Shown here: positions 25,601 to 35,742 of the stretch, piece by piece | Numbering within the stretch: the stretch's first letter is position 1 | How the letters are laid out: each line of letters opens with the position of its first letter | Source of the DNA: Macrostomum lignano | Lineage: Eukaryota | Assembly: GCA_002269645.1 (NCBI GenBank) | Contig: NIVC01000012.1 | Coordinates: 62,001 to 126,000 of the forward strand | DNA: 64,000 nt | Reading direction: 5' to 3' | Notes under the pieces: model-generated | Databases searched by the model: none | What the model was told of the DNA's origin: nothing | The model's input: only the letters and a program-made list of their open reading frames with translations | Position numbers and translations under genes: made by a program

Positions 25601-28518
25601 CCAGTAGGAAGCCTTGCAGGGAGGACTTCTGCGAAACAATGGAGGGGTCAGGTTGACTTTTGCTGCTCAGGTGGGAGCGATTTCTATTGCCTGTATTAAT
25701 GTATGTCCTAGTGTCTGCCTCAGTGTCTGTCTCTGTCTGCCTCAGTGTCTGCCTCAGTGTCTGCCTTGGTATCTGTCTTAGTGTCTTCCTACTTCCTTGG
25801 TGTCTGTCTCAGTGTCTCCTTGTGTCGTCCTTGGTGTCTGTCTCAGTGTCTCCTTGTGTCTTCCTTGGTGTCTGTCTCAGTGCCAACATCATTTTCTTGG
25901 CGGTTGACGACCTGTACTAGACGGAGTTTTTAGGCCCATACTAGTTACTAACTTGTCTCAGTGTCTGCCTTGTGTCTGTGTCAGTGTCTGTCTTAGTGTC
26001 TTCCTTGGTGTCTGTTTCAGGTTCTGCCTCAGTGTCTGCCTTGGTGCCTGTTTTAGTGTCTGTCTCGGTGTCTGCCTTGGTGTCTGCCTTGGTGTCTGTC
26101 TTGGTGTCTGCCTTGGTGTCTGTCTCAGTGTCTGTCTCAGTGTCTGTGTCTTAGTGTCTGTCTCAGTGTCTGCCTTAGGTGTCTGTCGTAGTGTCTGTCT
26201 CAGTGTCTGTCTCAGTGTCTGTCTCAGTGTCTGTCTCAGTGTCTGTCTTAGTGTCTGTCTCAGTGTCTGCCTTAGGTGTCTGTCGTAGTGTCTGTCTCAG
26301 TGTCTGTCTCAGTGTCTGTCTCAGTGTCTGTCTCAGTGTCTGTCTCAGTGTCTGTCTTAGTGTCTGTCTCAGTGTCTGTCTTAGTGTCTGCTTCGGTGTC
26401 TGTCTTAGTGTCTGTCTTAGTATCCGTCTCAGTGTCTGTCTCAGTGCCTGTCTCAGTGTTTGTACATGCCAAGGTGCCTTCAGGAGTCCACAAAGCAGAG
26501 GGCGGAGTGGGCTGGTCAATCAACCAGTTTTCCATTTCCTCAATCTCTGAGACTGAGCTGACTCACATCCGACAGCAGCAGCTGCAGCTCCTCGCCGCTG
26601 AACAGATCCGCCGGGGTGTGCATCAGGGAGCTGGACCTCGCCCGCAGCAGTTTGATGTGCTGGGCGGCCAGACGCAGCACCGTGAGTTTGTCCAGCTTCC
26701 TGCTGGCCGACCGGCACGCAGGCACGAGGCGAGCCATCGCGTTGATGCTGGAGTTCATGCGGTCCCGGCGCAGCTTCTCCACTTCGCTGTGGTTCGGTCG
26801 GCCGCTCCTTTGCGGGGTTGCCAGGCGAGAAATTGGAGTTTAATAGCTGGCGTGTATAAACTAGTGATTGAATTTTACAAATACACTTGCAGGAGTCGCC
26901 ATCAAGGACTCTCCGATTAAGGAATCGCCCATCAAGTAGTCGCCCAATAAGGAATCGCCTATCAAGGAATCGCCCAATAAGGAATCGCCCATCAAGGAAT
27001 CGCCCATCAAGGAATCGCCCATCAAGGAGTCGCCCATCAAGGAATCGCCCATTAAGGAATCGCCCATCAAGGAGTCGCCCATCAAGGAATCGCCCATCAA
27101 GGAGTCGCCCAATAAGGAATCGCCCATCAAGGAATCGCCCATTAAGGAATCGCCCATCAAGGAGTCGCCCATCAAGGAATCGCCCATCAAGGAGTCGCCC
27201 AATAAGGAATCGCCCATCAAGGAATCGCCCATCAAGGAATCGAGTATTAAAGAATCGCCCATCAAGGAGTCGCCCAATAAGGAATCGCCCATCAAGGAAT
27301 CGCCCATCAAGGAATCGCCCATCAAAGAATCGAGTATTAAAGAATCGCCCATCAAGGAATCGCCATCAATGAATCGCCATCAAGGAATCGCCAGAACTCG
27401 CTGATAAAAGCGAATGTTCAAAGTGGCATACTGAGACTAATCCCTAATCGCCCAGCCAAGATCCCATGACCGCTGCTTGAGCATCTAGCCTACTCACATG
27501 AGCACACTGGCAGGCAGGGACATCTCTTCTGAGTCGATCTCCATCTCCGAGGGTTCGAATCCGAACTCCATGCTAAATTCGATTATAAAAAGAGATTGTT
27601 ACAAAGCATATTTAGTTTGGAAACTTTACAGAATAATCGGTCATAATAAATGAACAAGTGAATTGAGACTCACAGGTTAATTGGAGTGCTCACGTCCCGT
27701 TTAATTAGTGGAGAGCCGCCCTGCTCCTCTTCGTTGCTGAGGTTTCGGTATATTTTACACAAGATTATGCAAAACGTACTAGCGTTAGAATACCGACAGA
27801 TAATTCACAAGAGAAATTGGAGAACATACCCTACTATATGTACACGCGACATAAGAACCTACAGTACCATACCAGTATGAGAATATAACCAACGACAATG
27901 AGAACAAACCTATCATCATGAGAACATGATCTATAGTACGTATCATCTGAAAGCATGTATCAAAATGAGAACATACCCTATGTTGGATGATGTACATGAA
28001 AACATATCTAACCCATAGATATGAGAAATCTAATAATTCCATTCAACACAAGGATTTATAACACATTCTTGTCAAACATGAGAACACATCCTTTAACTGC
28101 AGCTGTCCAAGAAAAGCACAGTATCAGCAGGCAGCAGAACCGAGTGAACTACTCACCCAGAATAATGCGCACTATCAGCTGACGATTGGCTAGTGAAATA
28201 ATTCAACGGGGCATTGTTGGCGGCATGACGTTGATGCCTGACGCTATGATGCTGTCTACTAAACGAGTGATGATGCCGAGATTGCCAAGCTTCATCTTGA
28301 TGCAACTGTAACTGCTGCTCATCGTTTAGTGCGCGCAAATAATTTGCGTCAAATCCATTCGTCGGAATCAGAGGCACAGGCGGCTGTGGCGGCGGCTGCT
28401 GCTGCGCCTCCTGTTGTGGCTGATTATTTCTTTGAAAGTTGAACAACGAGGACAATGGAATGCTAAACAGACTGCGAAAATCTGAGTCCGAATGAGCGCC
28501 GCCTGCTGAAGATTCCAT
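16653..28518 (-). CDS. cycle/BMAL: bHLH-PAS transcription factor, BMAL/cycle (class II) type, about 665 aa, 8 exons
   Basis: Exons 28518-28157, 27572-27498, 26807-26567, 25628-25521, 24762-24519, 19473-19168, 17555-17413 and 17171-16653 are phase-consistent (1998 nt). bHLH NHSEVEKLRRDRMNSSINAMARLVPACRSASRKLDKLTVLRLAAQH, where RKLDKLTVLR is BMAL/cyc-like. PAS-A QGFLLVVECDRGRIL and DLIGQCLLDLVHPRD; PAS-B FAARLGLDACFTWVDQR and FINPLTGKPE. Confidence 0.82.
17628..18250. repeat. 48-bp (2x24) minisatellite, intronic
   Basis: AAAACCAGCGCTATGGGTGGCGCCAGAACCAGTATTACGAGTGGCACT units; ORFs 17629..18256 are artefacts. Confidence 0.92.
18790..19145. repeat. 29-bp minisatellite (GAGTTGGACACCTGTTTGAGGACACCTGG), intronic
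   Basis: Tandem units next to the donor at 19167. Confidence 0.9.
19520..21140. repeat. 20-bp AT-rich minisatellite (TCAGATGTTTAAATTGATCT), about 1.6 kb
   Basis: Seen directly, intronic. Confidence 0.95.
21820..22655. repeat. 20-bp minisatellite (CTCCTGACACAATCATGGCA)
   Basis: Seen directly, intronic. Confidence 0.95.
23050..24480. repeat. 11-bp CT-rich minisatellite (TCACTCTCCCY)
   Basis: Seen directly, intronic. Confidence 0.95.
24826..25465. promoter_or_regulatory. 70-72 bp tandem repeat carrying GTCACGTGAC E-boxes plus ATTGG (CCAAT) and GC-rich motifs, in a BMAL-like intron
   Basis: CACGTG at 24826, 24893, 24963, 25035, 25105, 25175, 25247, 25319 and 25389. The repeat is certain; a regulatory role is inferred. 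Confidence 0.6.
25705..26460. repeat. 12-bp minisatellite (GTGTCTGTCTCA and variants)
   Basis: Seen directly, intron 25629-26566. Confidence 0.93.
26895..27395. repeat. 15-bp minisatellite (GGAATCGCCCATCAA)
   Basis: Seen directly, intron 26808-27497; ORFs 26861 and 26887 are artefacts. Confidence 0.93.
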
Positions 28519-29380
28519 GCCTCCGGGTGTGTGTGGACAAAGATGAAGTTGCTAAGATGCAATATCAGTTCATGATTTCCAAATCATTAGAAATAGCCGA
28601 CTGATGTAGTAGTGACAGACGTTATTTAGCTAGGTTAAAGTGCACAGGGTTTTGCTATCAATTAGCAACTCTATATATAATATGCTGCTTGTATGAGAGA
28701 AAGAAAACAATTTCAATGCAGTTTTTATGCGGCAAAAGATGAGGTATTGTCTTGGCGGACTCACAGCAGGAGAGAGAGAATTAGGACGAGATAGGTTGAG
28801 AGGGCGGCGACCCTCGCCCAAGGCTGCGGTTGCTTGCGAAAAGGAGAGGGGGAAAGACGAACAGGAGAGACAGGCAGACAATCAAGACCTGATGATGCAG
28901 CGCCAACAAGAGACTGCAGCATCCAGAGCGAAGAAAACTAGAATGAAGTGCAATGCACTCAAGGCCGAGCGAAACTATGGCTAGCTAGAAGAGGAGCGCA
29001 CTGCCTCGCCTCTTCAGAGCTGCATCGAGCTGTGTATAATGGCAAATGGCAAGGGCAAGCACGCAGGCACACACAGGCGCCAGAATTGATGAAGCCAACC
29101 ACACAGTGCGCTGCATTTTCATACAGTAAAAAGTGAACAGGCCAGCAGAGACCAAAAAAGAATTTCAACAACTGTAAAGATCTACCTACTTGTTTTAACT
29201 GTGTAAATATGCGCATACCACTGAATTTTGATCACTTTGTACTTTAGCTTCACTTTTCTTTACCCAAATGTTTTCAACGCTAAATTTCAGAAAATATGAT
29301 GGCTTGTTCGTAACAAACTGCAAGTTAAAATAATCAATAAACCACATTGTTAGACCAAAACAATCTGTACTTAATGTGCA

Positions 29381-29660
29381 ATATGTCGGCCCAGGACATT
29401 AGAAAACCGCCAGTGACTTATAATTTACTATCCAGCTCGAAAAGTTTTTGCTCAAAGATTTTGGGCGAGCAACAACTTAACTAGTGCAAGCTAGGTGCTG
29501 AAACACACAGGCAGTTAAGCAAGTCCGATACGAGGCCGTAAGAGATTACCAATGCTCAACACATCGTGTCTCTTAATAATCTACCAGAATTGTAACGCAG
29601 TCGCAGCCAATTAAACAACAAATAAATGAAGGGCAATGGCCTGCTGACAAAGTTCTGGTT
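29381..29660 (-). ncRNA. H/ACA snoRNA, U19 (SNORA74)/snR191-like, copy 1
   Basis: 5' hairpin CCAGAACTTTGTCAGCAG...CTGCGTTACAATTCTGG, then H box AGATTA 14 nt after the pocket. Pocket GTTAC/GTCA pairs with 28S GUAAC-U-A-UGAC (helix 69 loop). 3' domain closed by CGGCCT/GGGCCG, followed by ACA. Confidence 0.65.
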
Positions 29661-29814
29661 ATAAATCTTTGCAAGGTTATAAATTTACTAATTATAATTT
29701 GTTTTCATAGTCTTTGATTGTTTGATCTTTCGGTAGACAGACGATAGAGTTACTTTGTTAAAATAAGTATACTGTATTATATTGTATCTTAATGCATTAT
29801 ATTCTAACTAAATG

Positions 29815-29985
29815 ACTCATTATCTTAACTAAATGCACCGTTATCTTAACTAAATGCACCGTTATCTTAACTAAATGACTCATTATCTTAACTAAATGCA
29901 CCGTTATCTTAACTAAATGAATCGTTATCCTAACTAAATGAACCATAGCTTAACTAAATACACCGTTATCTTAACTAAATGAGCC
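29815..29985. repeat. 21-bp minisatellite (ATCTTAACTAAATGCACCGTT)
   Basis: About 8 tandem units. Confidence 0.88.
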
Positions 29986-30541
29986 ATGGCACCAAATCTT
30001 AAATAAAAGCATTCTATCCTAACGAACTGCACCATATCTAAACTACACACAGGTTTGCACAAATGAATAGCATTTACTGACGTCAAAGTACGCCTATAGG
30101 CTAGTAAACAAAACCTAGATACGCCCAACCCGAGAACTCCTGAGCACTGTATAGAGAACAGTAGCCTGCTAGTTAATAGCTAGTTTGATCCAGTTTAAAT
30201 TGTTCCAAACTACTCAAAGACACCCTCCACGCCGAGGCATTAAAAACGAGTGTTCTGAGATCAACTATTAGAACAGAACAATTAACCCGAAGCAATCGCG
30301 TGATGTATTCAGCCAGCCCAAGCGCATTTTCTCAATCCATTTATCGTGGCATATTATACAAGGGCTTTTTACAGCTTAATAGGCGGGTTATATGCGCTAG
30401 GCATAATTAGACAAGGAGAAAGAATTCAATTCAATTAAACAAGTATAGCTTCATAAGCAAGAGAGATTTCTTGTCCAAAGTTGAGTTTCTAACTAACTAC
30501 AAATAAAAACCCAAAACCCAATCGATCATTTAATTGTACTT

Positions 30542-30791
30542 ATCTGTCGGCCCTGTTGTTTACCAAGCAGCAGGCTTATCCAGTGAACTATTAAAGTTCG
30601 ATGAGCACTAATAAAACTTCTGCAAAATAGAGAGCGCAGACAGTCGACGTGCTCGCACTGGCACCCAATTAACTGCTCAAGGCCGTGAAAAATTGGTTTT
30701 TTCAATCTACCAGAATTGTAACGCAGACGCAGCCATGAAGCGTATTGAAAAAAAATCATACAAGGCAATGGTCTGCTGACAAATCCTGGGT
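30542..30791 (-). ncRNA. H/ACA snoRNA, U19/snR191-like, copy 2
   Basis: Same pocket (TTTGTCA / GTTACAA) with stem GCAGAC:GTCTGC, a divergent loop, and the same CGGCCT...GGGCCG-ACA end. The H box is imperfect (AGATTGAAAA). Confidence 0.6.
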
Positions 30792-31136
30792 AATTTGTTG
30801 ATAACAAATAATTTAGCGGCGCTCAAATGAATCAAGTCTAAGAGTTTTAAATTAGATTTTTTATAATCTCGCTTTTCTCAAGTATACAAGCAAATTTATC
30901 AAACGTATAATTAGTTAAGTAATAAATATTTTAATAAACATTGTACTAATTAACAATGAGCGAAGAAATTAGAATATGAAAGGCAATGTTATACAGAAAA
31001 GTGAATAAAATTAAACAAAAATAAGAAAAAAATTCTTCGACTATCAAACTAGTAGTATCCGATGAGCATGAAATTTAGGAAAAACTTGCTGATTTCTATG
31101 CACAAGATAAAGACAGTAGGTCAGACACACCTGAAA

Positions 31137-31631
31137 TCAACTAGCATCCGGCTTCTTGGCGGGCTGGAACTCCAACGCCAGACTATTAATACAATAACGC
31201 TCCCCAGTTGGCGGCGGCCCATCCGGGAACACGTGACCAAGATGGGCGTCGCAATTGGCGCACAACACCTCGACGCGCTGCATACCGTGACTTGAGTCGG
31301 CCTTGCGCTTTACCGAACTATCGCGACAGTCAAAGAACGCCGGCCAACCGCAGGCGGACGAAAACTTTGCGTCGGACGAGAACAGCGCTTCGTTGCAGCA
31401 GGCGCACAGGTAGACACCCGGAGCAAAGAAGTCAGTGTACAGGCCGCTATAAGGTGGCTCCGTATTGCCGCAACGGGTCACAAGGTAAACGTCCAAAGGT
31501 AGCAGCGCTTTCCATTCGGCATTTGTGCGCTGTCCTAACTTCTTGTCGTTGGTTTTGTCTGAACTATTGCCGCTACTACTACTACAATTGGCGTTGTTAT
31601 TATTATTATTATTATTGTTGATTAAAGCCAT
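31137..31631 (-). CDS. msrB: Methionine-R-sulfoxide reductase B (Cys-type, zinc-binding), intronless, 164 aa from the first ATG
   Basis: TEPPYSG, YLCACC, ACGWPAF, HGMQRVEVLCANCDAHLGHVFPDGPPPTGERYCINS. The frame stays open upstream to 31769 without an ATG. Confidence 0.95.
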   Translation of the reverse strand: MALINNNNNNNNNANCSSSSGNSSDKTNDKKLGQRTNAEWKALLPLDVYLVTRCGNTEPPYSGLYTDFFAPGVYLCACCNEALFSSDAKFSSACGWPAFFDCRDSSVKRKADSSHGMQRVEVLCANCDAHLGHVFPDGPPPTGERYCINSLALEFQPAKKPDAS

Positions 31632-31822
31632 CACACAAAGGGTGCGCTTTTCAAAACTTCTATAGTTGCAAGAAGTGGACCTTGCAAAGTGGCCATTGCG
31701 GCGATTGGCAAATGCTGCCAGAGCGACCGCGACCTTCGAGAATGTCAAAGAGCGATTTAGTTGCAGCAATAAATTAACACAATTCGTTTAACTAAATTAA
31801 TAATTGATAACTACGCTTAAAA

Positions 31823-31974
31823 AAATGTTGTGGATGCATGAAACCGATTAACTCACTTTGAAGAGATAAATCGGTGATTAAATTCCACAATGGTTAGTTA
31901 ATCTGCCTCCTGCTGATTGAGGCTGCCAGGGATTACACAAAAAAGTTCCTTTGGCGTCTCTGCCCAGCAGGAGG
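31823..31974 (-). ncRNA. Dual-guide H/ACA snoRNA, copy A
   Basis: Hairpin CCTCCTGCTG...CAGCAGGAGG, H box AGATTA, hairpin TGTGGAA...TCCACA, ACA box. Pockets match 28S GAUU-U-C-UGCCCAG and GCAUGAA-U-G-GAUUAA. Confidence 0.8.
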
Positions 31975-32183
31975 AAAATTTTAAAGATACCAGCAATAAT
32001 TGTTTTCGCTTTAGTTTTTTTAGCAAAGGTGTGCGTTTATATCTCTTTTGCTTGCCAAGATAAGAAGACGTTGAGAATTCCAATTTAGCAGCAGTATTGA
32101 TTTGGTCTTGCCCATAGACAAAGGAAACCAAGTTGATAATTCGGCCACAGACATCTGCACGAAGGATACTCGCGCCTTGCAGC

Positions 32184-32185
<2 letters not shown>

Positions 32186-32276
<91 letters not shown>
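32186..32276. repeat. (CT)n microsatellite
   Basis: Seen directly. Confidence 0.95.
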
Positions 32277-32277
<1 letters not shown>

Positions 32278-32386
32278 ACTTGATTGCCTTAACTATCAGC
32301 CAGTTTTGGCCATAGACAGCTGGCTGCATAAAATACGAGTACTTCTCGTGCTGCATTCTCTACCACATATATTTAGTGGGCGCGAA

Positions 32387-32546
32387 CACTGTTGCGGAAG
32401 CATGAAACCGATTAACTTACGATAATTAACGGAAGATAAATCGGTGATTAAATTCCGCGATTAAAGTTAGGTTAATCTGCCTCCTGCTGATTGAGGCTGC
32501 CAGTAATTACAGAAAGTTTATTTTGGCGTCTCTGCCCAGCAGGAGG
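32387..32546 (-). ncRNA. Dual-guide H/ACA snoRNA, copy B
   Basis: Same structure and pockets as copy A. Confidence 0.8.
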
Positions 32547-32741
32547 CGGCTGGCTGGTTTTATACCGACTAACTAGTCTTTGTAGAAGTCTCAAACTAAC
32601 TACAGATTATAATATTGATGGCCAACATTAACATTTTTTTTTAATTTTTTGACAGTACAGTGGGCTAAATGGACTTTAGTTCGCCTGAGAGAGCGCTTAA
32701 AGAGCTTTACTTAAGGAACTTGTTTTTAATTTAAAAAACTA

Positions 32742-32897
32742 GGATGTTGTGGAAGCATGAAACCGATTAACTCACGACAATTAACAGAAGATAAATCAGT
32801 GATTAAATTCCACATTGGTTAGTTAATCTGCCTCCTGCTGATTGAGGCTGCCAGGAACTACAGAAAATCAATTTTGGCGTCTCTACCCAGCAGGAGG
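32742..32897 (-). ncRNA. Dual-guide H/ACA snoRNA, copy C
   Basis: Same structure. The pocket variant CTGGGTA keeps a G-U pair. Part of a tandem duplication of about 340 bp with its spacer. Confidence 0.8.
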
Positions 32898-33083
32898 CGG
32901 CTGGCTGGTTTTATACCGACTGACTAGTCTTCGTAGAAGTCTCAAACTAACTACAGATTATAATGTTGATGGGCAACATCAAAATATTTTTTTGACAGTA
33001 CAGTGGGCTAAATGGACTTTAGTTCGCCTGAGAGAGCGCTTAAAGAGCTTTACTTAAGGAACTTGTTTTTAATAAAAAAACTA

Positions 33084-33239
33084 GGATGTTGTGGAAGCAT
33101 GAAACCGATTAACTCACGACAATTAACAGAAGATAAATCAGTGATTAAATTCCACATTGGTTAGTTAATCTGCCTCCTGCTGATTGGGACTGCCAGGAAC
33201 TACAGAAAATCCATTTTGGCGTCTCTGCCCAGCAGGAGG
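33084..33239 (-). ncRNA. Dual-guide H/ACA snoRNA, copy D
   Basis: Same structure and pockets. Confidence 0.8.
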
Positions 33240-33276
33240 CAAATTCTTATTGTTTAGCGCTGTGTCGAATAAACTG

Positions 33277-33282
<6 letters not shown>

Positions 33283-33362
<80 letters not shown>

Positions 33363-33400
33363 ACTAAATAACTAACTGACTGACTAACTGACTAACTAAC
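33283..33400. repeat. (ACTA)n microsatellite
   Basis: Seen directly. Confidence 0.93.
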
Positions 33401-33810
33401 CAACAACTACTAGAAGACTAAACAACTAACTTACTAAGCATCTAAATGACAAATTTAACCTAACAAGCAGTTAAAAATAAAATCAGTGCAAGACAACACA
33501 CGCGCGACTATATTTTTTTCAATCCACAACGAACTTTTTGACCACAAAAGTCGGCAATCCAACGCTTAATCTTTTTTATTGTTGTTATGTGATCATTTCC
33601 TTCTTAAGCAACATTTTACTCAGGCATCAATCAATCAGCCAGAGTGCCACAGCGGACCCGCCCCCCCGGGCTGCAGTGTGAGCTGGCGCACAGGCCCGCG
33701 GCACCAAAAAACAGACACTAGAAGACAGCAACGATACCAGTTTTTAGTAACAGTTCCGACCCAGAGCTAACAAATTTATCAGTTTGGCGTGGAATTCCTG
33801 GCTTCTAGAG

Positions 33811-35624
33811 TTAATCAAACAGCGACATTCCCATATCGTCGTCGGACTCCTCTGAGCTTTCCTCCTTCTTTTCTTCTTTCTTAGCGGCGGCAGCGGCTGG
33901 GGCGGCGGCGGCAGCAGCCGGGGCAGCGGCAGCAAACTTGTCAGGATTTTTAATGAACTCCTTGACCTTATCGGCTAGCGGGAAATCGTAGTCAGTTTCC
34001 ACGGCAACCGCTAGGCAACGCTTGAACGCGTTAACAATCGAATGCGGAGCGGAGGCCAGAGTTGGCGTGCCCAGCTGCAGGGACAGGGCAGCGATTCGGC
34101 GGCTGCCGGCCAAGAATCTGGCCACAATGTCCTCGTCGCGGATGTCAAGCACCTGCGGACCGAACACGCTGCCGTTGTCGTACACCTGACGGATCCTCAG
34201 GCCGTAAGAGAACGGCGAGATCTTCAGCATGTTCAGCAGGGTGGCTTCAGACTGGCCGACCTAATAAAAGTACATATCGTAAGGTTTATAACTTAAAGTA
34301 TGTCAACTAATGCAACAAAGTTATTAGCATACTACTTATTAAGTAAGCTAGCGTAAAATAAGTTTCTTTAATTAATTTGATTTTGTAATCTATAGTACTA
34401 AAACAAACAAACCAAGGAAATTTTTTATACAATATCTGCTGCAGAATTTGCCAATTTCGAATGTTGCGGACGCATGAAACCGATTAACTCACGACAATTA
34501 ACAGAAGATAAATCGGTGATTAAATTCCACATTGGTTAATTAATCTGCCTCCTGCTGATTGAGACTGCCAGGAATTACAAACAGTCCATTTTTGGCGTCT
34601 CTGCCCAGCAGGAGGGAAGTGCAAAGTCAGACGGACGAAACTCAGCCTAGGGGGCAGGCCCAATCTAACTCAGCCAATGAGAGAGCAGTAAGGAGAGAGT
34701 GCAAAGTCAGACGGACGAAACCCAGCCTAGGGGCAGGCCCAATCTAGCTCAGCCAATGAGAGAGCAGTAAGGAGAGAGTGCAAAGTCAGACGGACGAAAC
34801 CCAGCCTAGGGGCAGGCCCAATCTAGCTCACCCAATGAGAGAGCAGTAAGGAGAGAGTGCAAAGTCAGACGAACGAAACTCAGCCTAGGGGCAAGAGCAA
34901 GACCCAATCTAGCTTAGCCAATGAGAGAGCAGTAAAGAGAGGTCAAAGTCAGACACAAGCGGGCAAGAGGAAAACCAAACTTTTTATCGGCCTGGCAAGG
35001 GTCTCGCGTATGCCCACAAACTGAGATTGAGGTGCAGCTTACAACAAAAAACGCCAATTTTACTACTGTAAAAAGAGTAAGTAGGTAAGGAAATTTTTGC
35101 GAGGGCATCAATCAATAAAAAATTACCTTCGTATTCTTCTTAATCAGCGGCACGTCAGATAAGATTTCAATAGTGCCGCGAGTAATCTTAGTTTGGATGT
35201 TCAAGGCCTGAAAGAAGCTGGTCTTCTCCGGTCCCAGGCCGGTGTTCTGAGCTGGCACAACTACATCGCAGGGGGCGATGGAACCGGCCCTAGCCGGGGC
35301 AGCAACCTGGTTAGCTTCGATCTTCGTGCGCACATCGTTCAGATCCAAGTTGGTGAACACGAAGCCAACATTGAGTCGGACGTGAGGCAGCAGCTTCTCC
35401 AGAGTGGGATGATCGTCTAGCATGGCTCGGACCACTTTCCTGATCATGGTGTTCTTGCCAATAAGGATCACCGCTTCGTTTCTCATCGACTGTCGGATCT
35501 GCTGCATCTGTTTGGAGCCGACATTGTCCACGCTAACAATGAAAGCCTTGGAGTACTCGTTCAATAGGGTAGTCAGCTTATCGAAGAAGCCCTCCTTCCA
35601 CTTGCGCTTGTCTCCCTTGACCAT
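33811..35624 (-). CDS. RPLP0: 60S acidic ribosomal protein P0 (uL10), 315 aa, 2 coding exons
   Basis: Exons 35624-35127 and 34260-33811. [49 protein letters not shown], and the C-terminal [13 protein letters not shown]. Confidence 0.97.
34459..34615 (-). ncRNA. Dual-guide H/ACA snoRNA, copy E (in RPLP0 intron)
   Basis: Same structure, lying in intron 34261-35126, the classical ribosomal-protein host position. Confidence 0.85.
34620..34935. repeat. Tandem repeat of about 79 bp, 4 copies, in the RPLP0 intron
   Basis: GTGCAAAGTCAGACGGACGAAAC.CAGCCTAGGGGCAGGCCCAATCTAGCTCAGCCAATGAGAGAGCAGTAAGGAGAGA units. Confidence 0.9.
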
Positions 35625-35723
35625 CCTTGTGCGCTCAGGGGTTGTTGTAGCTTAGGTGTTGACAAATAAAATTTAAACAGTTTAAAGACAAGCGACTGCG
35701 CGGGGGGTCTGGGTGTTGCTTAC

Positions 35724-35742
35724 TGGAATAGGACAGAGAGTG
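35724..35742 (-). promoter_or_regulatory. Probable 5'-TOP-like non-coding first exon of RPLP0
   Basis: Pyrimidine run CTCTCTGTCCTATTCCA followed by donor GTAAGC (35723); acceptor at 35651 just before the ATG. Confidence 0.5.

Noticed and set aside
28630-29216. Short overlapping ORFs upstream of the BMAL-like gene
   Set aside because: No motifs or convincing splice structure.
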